Below, piece after piece: positions 56,651 to 64,000 of a stretch of DNA of 64,000 nucleotides. Each line of letters opens with the position of its first letter. Positions within the stretch are counted from its first letter, which is position 1. Position numbers and translations under genes: made by a program. The stretch lies in NCBI GenBank assembly GCA_963792575.1, contig CAWBWZ010000020.1, positions 935,788 through 999,787 on the forward strand, in the 5' to 3' direction. The notes below the pieces were generated by a model that was not told where the DNA came from, made no database searches, and saw nothing but the letters and a program-made list of their open reading frames with translations. The DNA is from an uncultured Acidobacteriota bacterium. Lineage in GTDB: Bacteria; Acidobacteriota; Thermoanaerobaculia; Multivoradales; UBA5704.

Positions 56651-57889
56651 CTACCGGAAGGCGGCGACCGTGGCGCGCGTGTCGTTCAGCACGCGGGCGT
56701 TGTGATTCTTGGTGGTCGTGCCCATCGCGTGGCCGTTGTAGAGGTTGTTGGGGTTCGACCAGTAATTCAGGCGCGGGCAGCCGCCCGAGCAGTCGTAGGC
56801 CATGATCGTGCGCCACTTCGGGCTGCCGGTGTACTGGTAGCCGTGACCCCAGGCATAGGGCGTATTGGTGGGATCGGTCGCGGGATCGTGGCGGGCGGAC
56901 TGCAGATGCCCGATCTCATGCCCGAAGGAGTAGTAGCCGGTGGCGCAGTCCCAGTAGACGGCGACGAAGGCCGTCGACGCGGTTGAGCCGATGCCGGAGG
57001 CGAGGCCGCAGGCGGAGGCGTTGTTGATCAGCAGGGCGGCGACGTCGGCCGTCACCGAGTTGCGGGTGGTGTGGATGCTGTCCATGAAGCCGTCGGCGGT
57101 CCCGCGGTAACGGCTCAGATCGGTGCTGAAGCTGCCGCTCTCCGTGTAGGTGACCTGGGCCTTGCTGGCGAGTTGGAGCGTGATGGTGACGCCGCTGTTC
57201 GTGTAGCCCTGGTTGGTCTCCGCGACGGCGAGGTCGATCAGGCTGCTGATGTTGCCGGCGGCCGCCGCGGCCGCCGCGGTGTAGCTCACCATCACCCGGA
57301 TGACGGTGTTCGCCTTGGTCTGGCGGGTGGGCATCTTGATGACCGGCAGGCTGGCGTACGCCTCCGGGTGATCCGGCGGCATCGCCTTGGAGTCCACGGC
57401 TACGATCGCGTGGCCGCCCGACCGCAGGGGGCGGATCTTGTACCAATCGCCGTTGTAATGAAGGTTGCCGGTGATCATGTCGCCGTCACGGACCAGCGTG
57501 ACCACGTTGAGCGGATCGAACGCGAACGCGTCCGGCGCGAACGGCACCCGAGCGGCGGCGTCACCGATGACGCCGGACCAGACCAGCGATCCCGACCCGG
57601 TGGCATAGGCCTGGATGCGGTGGGCCTGCAGGTCCAGCCCCGAGCCGAGATTGAACGTCAACGTCGCCGCCTTCTCATTGACCAGGTTCGCGTTGGCCTT
57701 GACGAGCTCGAGAGACGCCGTCGCGGGGCTGTCCGCCAGCACCTGGTAGGACTTGTCCTGGTTCAGCAGCTTCGCGTACGAGGGGGCGATGTCGAGCGGC
57801 GAGAACAGTCCCTGACCGGCACCGGCGGCGCCGGCTGTCAGCACGAGAGCCATCAAAGCAACAAAAATGTGGAGCCCAAGCTTTCGCAT
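56651..57889 (-). CDS. secreted zinc metalloprotease, metzincin (reprolysin-like / M72-like)
   Basis: AAGGAG SD then MRKLGLHIFVALMALVLTAGAAGA signal peptide. HEIGHLQSARHD matches the HExxHxxxxxHD zinc site. Cys pairs lie near the C-terminus. Confidence 0.75.
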   Translation of the reverse strand: MRKLGLHIFVALMALVLTAGAAGAGQGLFSPLDIAPSYAKLLNQDKSYQVLADSPATASLELVKANANLVNEKAATLTFNLGSGLDLQAHRIQAYATGSGSLVWSGVIGDAAARVPFAPDAFAFDPLNVVTLVRDGDMITGNLHYNGDWYKIRPLRSGGHAIVAVDSKAMPPDHPEAYASLPVIKMPTRQTKANTVIRVMVSYTAAAAAAAGNISSLIDLAVAETNQGYTNSGVTITLQLASKAQVTYTESGSFSTDLSRYRGTADGFMDSIHTTRNSVTADVAALLINNASACGLASGIGSTASTAFVAVYWDCATGYYSFGHEIGHLQSARHDPATDPTNTPYAWGHGYQYTGSPKWRTIMAYDCSGGCPRLNYWSNPNNLYNGHAMGTTTKNHNARVLNDTRATVAAFR

Positions 57890-58014
57890 ACATCTCCTTG
57901 AGAAAAGCAGACGCGTGGCAGTTGCTTCCGCCAAGCGGAAGCGCGACATGGGGGCCCCTTGCTATGGTTGGTGCGTCAGGAGTGAGAAACGTGCCGCGTT
58001 GACAGAAAATTTAC

Positions 58015-59079
58015 TTATGGAACCGACCCGCTCCACTTCGACCGTCCGCCCAACTCGAAGCCGTCGTTGAACAGCGGCGTGGTCCGCTCGCAGTCGCCGG
58101 TGTAGTTGTAGCGGTCGCCGCCGGCCACCATCTGGAAGTCGGTCACCTGGAGGGCCCTGAGGTCGAGCGGGCCGAGGAGCCCGGCCCACTTGGCGGTGGT
58201 GAAGCGGTCGCTCTGGGCGGTGAGGGCGATGGTGCCGCCGTCGGAGAGGAGGATGCCGTACTTCTGCATCGCCCGCGCGACCACCCGCGCCGCCTCGTTC
58301 GGCAGGTTCTGGAGGGGGTAGTCCGCCCGCAGCCGGAGGCGGGTGCCGTAGGGTGGCGCCATGGCGGGCCCGCTGGTGGAGGAGGTCGAGTGGGTCGCCG
58401 GATGGACGTACACCAGACGCCGCATGCGGCTGTTCGGCAGGATGAAGCGGATGGCGTGGTCGATCTGGCCGGCCGCCACCTCGTCGGCGTTGAACAGCAG
58501 CGGCGCGATGGGATAGCCGGCCGCGTCGGCGCTGGTGCAATCCTGGCCGCGCCCCGCCGAGGGATAGGTGAGATCCATGTTCCACACCGCGAGGCAGCCG
58601 CCGAAGTATTGCCCGCCGGTGACGTTGGCGCGCCACATCTCGTAGAGACGCCGGGTCGGCCGGTGGACCACGATCAGGTGGCAGTCGCCGTCGCCGGCGC
58701 AGTCATAGCCGGTCTCCCCCTCCAGCGCGCCGCCGTTCGGCAGGGGGACGGACGCGAGGCCCGGGCGATCGCAGTCGGGATCGTAGAAATCGCCGGTGGA
58801 GGTAAAGACGCGGAGCGGAGCGCTGGCGTCCGCCTCCAGCACCTCGATGCTGAAGTCGATCTGCATCCGCCCCCCGCCCCAGCCGCCGGCTCCAGAGAGC
58901 CAGTTGATCACCGTCGCCGATTCAGGATCCAGAGGAGCCGCGGAGACGTCCTGGTACCAGGGGGAATCGGCGGGAAAGTAGGGACCGTGACCGGCCGGAG
59001 GCGGAGCCTGGGCGTCCGCGGCTCCCGCCAGGGCAAGCCCGCAGAGGACCACCCTCCCAATCAGCTCCCGACAGATCAT
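58015..59079 (-). CDS. secreted hypothetical protein (354 aa)
   Basis: Signal peptide from the internal Met (MICRELIGRVVLCGLALAGAADA). Coding-type GC3. No family recognised. Confidence 0.55.
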   Translation of the reverse strand: MICRELIGRVVLCGLALAGAADAQAPPPAGHGPYFPADSPWYQDVSAAPLDPESATVINWLSGAGGWGGGRMQIDFSIEVLEADASAPLRVFTSTGDFYDPDCDRPGLASVPLPNGGALEGETGYDCAGDGDCHLIVVHRPTRRLYEMWRANVTGGQYFGGCLAVWNMDLTYPSAGRGQDCTSADAAGYPIAPLLFNADEVAAGQIDHAIRFILPNSRMRRLVYVHPATHSTSSTSGPAMAPPYGTRLRLRADYPLQNLPNEAARVVARAMQKYGILLSDGGTIALTAQSDRFTTAKWAGLLGPLDLRALQVTDFQMVAGGDRYNYTGDCERTTPLFNDGFELGGRSKWSGSVP

Positions 59080-59227
59080 TGAGAAGATTCTATACGTGCA
59101 TCTTCCCGAACGCCAGATCTCCCCAGAACGTCGGCGCGGGAATAGCAGAGCGGGCCACCCAAGCCGGGCGGCCCCAAAAAAACAAAACCTTATACGGAGC
59201 GCCTTTCGGCGCAAAGATCAGGTGGGT

Positions 59228-59437
59228 TTAAGCGATCTTGCTGACGTTCTCAGCCGCCGGGCCCTTGTTGCCCTGCACGACGTCGAACTCGACGCGGTCG
59301 CCCTCGGCGAGACTCTTGAATCCGGATCCCTGGATCGCCGAGTGGTGCACGAAGAGGTCCTTGCCCCCATCCTCCGGCGTGATGAAGCCGAAGCCCTTGG
59401 TGTCATTGAACCACTTCACTTTTCCTGTGTTGCGCAT
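59228..59437 (-). CDS. cspA: cold-shock protein (CspA family)
   Basis: [35 protein letters not shown] carries the RNP1/RNP2 motifs. 69 aa. It is the only real part of the 801-aa ORF 59228..61633. Confidence 0.95.
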   Translation of the reverse strand: MRNTGKVKWFNDTKGFGFITPEDGGKDLFVHHSAIQGSGFKSLAEGDRVEFDVVQGNKGPAAENVSKIA

Positions 59438-59569
59438 TGTCGTTGTCTCTCTTTCTTTCTGTTCTGGAGCCAAAAAGACAAAAAGGGACCCTTGTTGTAC
59501 CGGGGTCCCTTTCGTAATTTCTGGCTTGGGTACCGCGGAGTCACCCATTGACTCCACAGCAGATAAAAA

Positions 59570-59598
59570 ATCATACCTCGCGGGTCCATCTGAGTCAA
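59570..59598 (-). promoter_or_regulatory. sigma70 promoter of cspA with a ~125-nt AT-rich 5' UTR
   Basis: Minus strand reads TTGACT, a 17-nt spacer, then TATGAT. The UTR contains the hairpin gggaccccggtacaacaagggtccc. Confidence 0.7.
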
Positions 59599-59644
59599 GA
59601 AGTAATTTACAAGCCGGATCTCTGCCCCTATCCTCAAGACTCGC

Positions 59645-61897
59645 ATGATGTCTCGCTTCTGGTTCCGGGGCTGCGTTCCACTGGTTTGCCTGTCCGGCCT
59701 CCTGGCCGGGTGCGGCCGGACCGCGCCTCCGCGGCCCGGCGGGACGGTTCGCGACCTGATCGCCGATCTCGATCTGGCGGAGATCCAGCGCGAGCCCGGG
59801 AGGGTCGACCTCGGGACTTCCGAAGCCCGGCCGCTGCTGCGGCAAGGGTGGGCCCAGGACGAGGAGGACGGCGTGCGCACCTTCGTCTGGAGCGACGGGC
59901 CGGAGTCGGAGCTGGAGTTCTTCCTCGTCGCCCCGCGGGACGTCCCGCTGACTCTCCGCGGGTCGCCGTATTCGTCCCCCGGATCTCCGGAGCAGGAGGT
60001 CGCCCTGCTTCTCAACGGCGAGGCGGTGGGCCAGGTCGCCCTCTCGCCAGACCATGAAGAGGCCCGGGTGGTCCTGCCGCGGCGCGGTCTGCGAGAAGGG
60101 GAGAACCACCTCACCTTGCGCTACGCCTGGACGCGCTCCCCCTGGGAGGAGAGCGGCGGGGAGAACGGCGACCGCCGCCACCTCGGGGTGGCCTGGGATC
60201 TTCTCCGCTTCGAGACCGGGGTCGACGAGCAGGCCCGGGTGCGCGCGGCCGGCGACCAGCTCGCCCTCCCCCTGGGCCGGCGGATCGACACTTTCCTGCG
60301 TCTGCCCGTTGGGGCGGTGCTGGCGATGGACGAGCTCCGCTCCCGCGACGGCCCGGCCGGAGAGCTGCGGGTGACCCTGCAGCCCGAGCACGGCGCGGAG
60401 CGCGAGCTGGCCCGCCTCCGCCCGGACGAGGGGCCGGTCGCGTTGGCGCTGGGAGACGCCGGGAGCGGGCCGGCGCGGATCTCCCTCACCGCCATGCCCA
60501 GGGAGCCGGGCGAGGCGGCGGGGAGCGGCCTCGTGCTGCGGCGGCCGGCCATCGCCGCGCCGCGACCGGACACCAGGCTCTCCACCGCGGCCACGGAGGC
60601 TCCGGCCTCCTTGCCGCCGGCCCGCCGGCCGCGCAACGTCATCCTCTATCTGGTGGATGCCCTGCGGGCGGACCACCTTGGCTGCTATGGCTACCCCCGG
60701 CCGGTCTCGCCGCGCGTCGACGCCTTCGCCCGCGGCGCGGCCCTCTTCCGGCACACCGTGGCCCAGTCGTCCTGGACCCGCCCCGCCGCCACCACCCTCC
60801 TCACCGGCCTGCTGCCCCGCACCCACGGCGTCAACGGCCGGCGGGACGTCCTCGCCGGACAGGCCGTCACCCTCGCGGAGAGGCTGCGGGAGCAGGGGTA
60901 CCGCACCGCCGGGTTCGTGACCAACGGCAATGTGGCGCGCAGCTTCGGCCTGGGCCAGGGGTTCGAGACCTACCAGCTCCTCCCCCGGAAGCACAGCGCG
61001 GCGACCGACGTCAACGCCGAGGCCGCCGACTGGCTGCGGACCCAATGGACGGGGGATGCTCCCTTCTTCCTCTATCTCCATACCGTGGAGCCGCACGCCC
61101 CCTATACCCCCCCACTCCCTTTCCGGCAACGCTTCGCCCCCGGCGTGCGGGACGAGGGCCTCACCCGCATGAACTTCCTGCACCGGGTCGAAGAGGGGAA
61201 GATCGCGGCTACGCCGGAGGTGCTCCGCAACCTCCTCGACCTCTATGACGCCGAGGTCGCCACCAATGACGCGGCCTTCGGCGAGCTGCTCGACCTCCTC
61301 GGCCAGCGCGGGCTTCTGGAGGACACGGTGATCGTCTTCGTCTCGGATCACGGCGAGGAGTTCCTCGAGCACGGCGGCTGGGAGCACGGCAGGACCCTGC
61401 ACGAGGAGATGCTGAACGTCCCCCTGATCGTGCGGGTCCCCGGGATGGGGAGCGGCAGGATCGTGCAACGGCAGGCGCAACAGATAGACGTCGCGCCGAC
61501 GATCCTCGATCTTCTGAATCTGCCGGTTCCGTCCGGCATGGACGGCCGCAGCCTCGCCCCCTGGATCTCCGGCGACAGCCCGCCCGCGGAAGACCCGGCG
61601 GAGACCACGGCCTTCTCGTGGCTCGACCAGCACGGCCTCCGGGCGGCCGCGGTGACCACTCCCGGCTGGCGGCTCATCGAGGATCGCCTCCCCACCCCCG
61701 GGAGCGCTCTCTACGATCGCCAGGCCGATCCCGGAGAGCGTCGCGACCTCGCCACGCTGCAGGCGGTGCGGGCAGGCTACCTCCGCGCCCGGCTCCGGGC
61801 CGAGGAGCGCCGCCGCAAGGGACAGTTGCGGGCCGGGGAGACGACCCCGGACTCCGAGCTCCAGAAACAGCTCGACGCTCTCGGCTATCTGCGCTGA
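59645..61897 (+). CDS. lipoprotein with a C-terminal sulfatase-like (alkaline-phosphatase superfamily) domain
   Basis: Lipobox LLAGCG. An N-terminal ~320 aa domain is unassigned. Then [52 protein letters not shown] and NVPLIV. There is no canonical C/S-x-P-x-R motif. Confidence 0.75.
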   Translation: MMSRFWFRGCVPLVCLSGLLAGCGRTAPPRPGGTVRDLIADLDLAEIQREPGRVDLGTSEARPLLRQGWAQDEEDGVRTFVWSDGPESELEFFLVAPRDVPLTLRGSPYSSPGSPEQEVALLLNGEAVGQVALSPDHEEARVVLPRRGLREGENHLTLRYAWTRSPWEESGGENGDRRHLGVAWDLLRFETGVDEQARVRAAGDQLALPLGRRIDTFLRLPVGAVLAMDELRSRDGPAGELRVTLQPEHGAERELARLRPDEGPVALALGDAGSGPARISLTAMPREPGEAAGSGLVLRRPAIAAPRPDTRLSTAATEAPASLPPARRPRNVILYLVDALRADHLGCYGYPRPVSPRVDAFARGAALFRHTVAQSSWTRPAATTLLTGLLPRTHGVNGRRDVLAGQAVTLAERLREQGYRTAGFVTNGNVARSFGLGQGFETYQLLPRKHSAATDVNAEAADWLRTQWTGDAPFFLYLHTVEPHAPYTPPLPFRQRFAPGVRDEGLTRMNFLHRVEEGKIAATPEVLRNLLDLYDAEVATNDAAFGELLDLLGQRGLLEDTVIVFVSDHGEEFLEHGGWEHGRTLHEEMLNVPLIVRVPGMGSGRIVQRQAQQIDVAPTILDLLNLPVPSGMDGRSLAPWISGDSPPAEDPAETTAFSWLDQHGLRAAAVTTPGWRLIEDRLPTPGSALYDRQADPGERRDLATLQAVRAGYLRARLRAEERRRKGQLRAGETTPDSELQKQLDALGYLR

Positions 61898-61938
61898 CGC
61901 AGATTCCGTTTACGCGACGTTGGCCCTCATCACCCCGG

Positions 61939-62051
61939 CCCTCTTCTCCCTGCCTCCCCCCCTTCCCGACGGGAGAAGAGGGAGAGGTTAGTTCTATGGA
62001 TGTTTGAGCCCCTCTCTCCCGGCGGTCGGGGGGGAGGCCGGGAGAGAGGGG
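61939..62051. repeat. two tandem REP-like hairpins (CCCTCT.. / ..AGAGGG type) between convergent sulfatase-like genes
   Basis: ccctcttctccc...gggagaagaggg (12-bp arms) and cccctctctcccggc...gccgggagagagggg (15-bp arms). Confidence 0.8.
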
Positions 62052-62088
62052 TTGGGGAGTGAGGGTCAGCCCCGAAGGGGCGACACTC

Positions 62089-63798
62089 CTATTGAATATA
62101 CCCGAGCGCCCGCAGGCTCTTCTCGAGCTCGGGATCGAACGGCGGCGCCGCCGAGGCCGCGGCCACCGGCGGCGGATTGAACGCCACCAGATCGCGCAGC
62201 AGCGCCCGGGTCGTCCGCGCCCGTTCGCGGGCGAGATCCTGATGCTGGCCCGGATCCCGCGCGACGTCATAGAGCTCGATCCGGGTCAGCCGGAGCCCGC
62301 GAACCTGGAAAGATTGGCATTCGAGCTCCTTCCCTCCCCCTTCCGGATTCGAGTCGGTACAGCCGTCCGCCTCGAGGAAAAGGCGCCCGGGCCTGGCGGA
62401 CGCGACCCGGACCGGCGTCCAGTCCGAGGTCAGAGGGACCTCGGTCACCCTCTCCTCGCCCTGACGGATGACCAGGCGACGGGGCTCCGGGGAGCGGGCC
62501 TCGAACACCAGGGGCCCGCCGGAGGTGTCGAAGGCGACTCGCCGCGGCAGCCACTCCCCGGCGGGAGGATCGAAGAGCAGGAGGCTCTCCTGGTGCTGCC
62601 GCTCGCCGCGGTAGACCGCCCGCCGCCCGCCCAGGGTCTCGCTCCACGCGGTGCCGGGGAGCGGCGGCGAAGGGCGCCCGACGAGCCCGGCCAGGCTGGC
62701 GCCGCTGGGGGCGCGGCGCGGTCGCACCCGTGCCAGTTCGTAGAGTGTGGGCGCCAGGTCGATCAGCTGCACGACGCCGCCATGGCGCACGGCGGCGCGG
62801 TGGTCGGGGTGGATCACCAGCAGCGGAACGTGCAGGCTCTCGCGGTAGAGCTGCGTGTGATTGAACTGGCCGTGATCGAGAAACTCCTCGCCGTGATCGG
62901 CGGTGATCACCACCGTCACCTCGCCGGCGAGACCGAGCCGCTCGAGCTCCGCGAAGAACCGCCGCAGAACGTCGTCGGTCTGCCGGATGCCGGCATCGTA
63001 GAGCGCCTTGAGCCACTCGACCGCGGGTTGCGGCAGCCCTTCGCCGGTCATGTTGTAACGGGTGAGCGCCGGGCCCGTGCCGTCGATCGCTCCAGGGGGC
63101 GGCGGCCCGGGCCAGAACGGCTCCCGGTACCGCTCGGGCGCGTCATAGGGGGTGTGCACGGCGTACGTATGGAGAAAGAGGAAGAAGCGGTCTTTCGGCC
63201 CGACGCTCTTCAGAAAGTCGACGCCCCGGCCGAAGGTCCCCTCCACCGGCCGGTTGTGGTCGCGGTTGCGGCTGACGAAGACGTCGAAGCCACGGCGGAA
63301 GCCGAAGCGCCCGCTCACATATCCCCCCTCGGTGAACCCGGCGGTGCGGAAGCCGCCGCGCTGGAACACCTCCGGCAGCGTCTCCACCTCCGGAGAGAGC
63401 ACCGAGTTCGGCGGAAACACCCCGTGCTCCCGCGGGTAGAGGCCGGTCAGCATCGACATGTGGGAGACCAGGGTGCTGGGAAACTGGGAGTACGCCTCCT
63501 CGAACAGGGTGGCCCGCCCGGCCAGGGAGTCGAGGAATGGGCTGGTCGGACGGGGATAGCCATAGCAGCCGAGATGGTCGGCCCGCAGCGTGTCAATCGA
63601 GATCAGGATGTAGCCGCGGGTCGCCCGCGGCACCGGGGGCTTGTCCGCGTCCGGCCGCCGCGGGTCCGCTCCACGGCCACAGCCGAGGACCAGGAGAGCG
63701 AGAGCAAAACCCACCCAATCTCTTCGAATCACGCGCTCACGATAGCAAAGTCGAGAGCGGCTCCCCTTGCCGGCACGGCTTGTCCCGCAAAGCCCCAC
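62089..63798 (-). CDS. sulfatase-like (alkaline-phosphatase superfamily) lipoprotein, paralog of 59645..61897
   Basis: [49 protein letters not shown] and HVPLLV. Lipobox LVLGCG. A more likely start is the GTG at 63732 (VIRRDWVGFALALLVLGC). Confidence 0.75.
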   Translation of the reverse strand: MGLCGTSRAGKGSRSRLCYRERVIRRDWVGFALALLVLGCGRGADPRRPDADKPPVPRATRGYILISIDTLRADHLGCYGYPRPTSPFLDSLAGRATLFEEAYSQFPSTLVSHMSMLTGLYPREHGVFPPNSVLSPEVETLPEVFQRGGFRTAGFTEGGYVSGRFGFRRGFDVFVSRNRDHNRPVEGTFGRGVDFLKSVGPKDRFFLFLHTYAVHTPYDAPERYREPFWPGPPPPGAIDGTGPALTRYNMTGEGLPQPAVEWLKALYDAGIRQTDDVLRRFFAELERLGLAGEVTVVITADHGEEFLDHGQFNHTQLYRESLHVPLLVIHPDHRAAVRHGGVVQLIDLAPTLYELARVRPRRAPSGASLAGLVGRPSPPLPGTAWSETLGGRRAVYRGERQHQESLLLFDPPAGEWLPRRVAFDTSGGPLVFEARSPEPRRLVIRQGEERVTEVPLTSDWTPVRVASARPGRLFLEADGCTDSNPEGGGKELECQSFQVRGLRLTRIELYDVARDPGQHQDLARERARTTRALLRDLVAFNPPPVAAASAAPPFDPELEKSLRALGYIQ

Positions 63799-63911
63799 AG
63801 AATGTACTACAATATTGCAGATAGCGCTTCAATACGAGGCGCCATCTCCCGGGCCCGGGCTCCTCAACCTTTGGACAGGCTGCTCTCTCGGCAGCCAGGA
63901 GACGACTACGC

Positions 63912-64000
63912 ATGTTCACGCTCGTCCGTAAGGCCATCCTCTGGAGCCTGTTCCTCGGCACGATCCTGTCGATCCCCGCGGCGGTGAACGGTCAGGCGCT
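63912..64000 (+). CDS. 5' end of an exported protein gene (runs off the window)
   Basis: Begins at an ATG with MFTLVRKAILWSLFLGTILSIPAAVNGQA, which is signal-peptide-like. Only 29 codons are visible. Confidence 0.35.
   Translation, partial: MFTLVRKAILWSLFLGTILSIPAAVNGQA

Noticed and set aside
59438-61633. Upstream 732 codons of the 801-aa minus ORF 59228..61633
   Set aside because: Only the last 69 codons (CspA) are real. The rest is antisense to the sulfatase-like gene and also runs across the AT-rich csp promoter and UTR.
62059-63987. 642-aa plus-strand ORF opposite the second sulfatase-like gene
   Set aside because: It is antisense to an intact gene with sulfatase-family blocks, and it is low-complexity.

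Overview
High-GC bacterial chromosomal window (sampled 60-nt lines are about 68-72% GC). Gene content and repeat style resemble Acidobacteria or Myxococcota-type genomes, but the taxon cannot be proven from sequence alone. I call about 45 protein-coding loci and recognised no rRNA, tRNA or CRISPR array. Core functions: a metB-like / hom / metC-like operon behind a terminator-containing leader, ggt, a threonine dehydratase family enzyme, leuA- and leuB-family genes, aceE, add, coaD, tsaC, recN and cspA. Signalling: a Ser/Thr kinase-TPR gene overlaps an FHA-sigma54 activator gene, followed by a -24/-12 promoter in front of a small secreted protein; there is also a HAMP-PP2C phosphatase. Accessory content: (i) a radical-SAM/SPASM enzyme tail plus a GG-leader Cys peptide at the left edge. 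(ii) Three clan-CD protease genes within 12 kb. These include an AT-richer operon of ECF sigma / anti-sigma / secreted TPR-CHAT / 49-aa sORF / small exported protein / caspase with a DUF4384-like tail (36.0-43.7 kb), which is my best candidate for an undescribed system. (iii) A GT-C-like polytopic membrane protein fused to a QW-motif alpha/alpha-toroid domain, next to a UbiA prenyltransferase. (iv) Two convergent sulfatase-like lipoprotein paralogs. Ten genes are shattered by several reading-frame switches (ggt also has an in-frame stop) and one more carries a single frameshift, while interleaved neighbours are pristine, which is clearly non-random. Intergenic DNA holds several palindromic repeat families, including a two-copy MITE-like element. 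4-nt start/stop overlaps (ATGA, once GTGA) link many gene pairs. Most long ORF-track entries antisense to the called genes are GC-driven artefacts.
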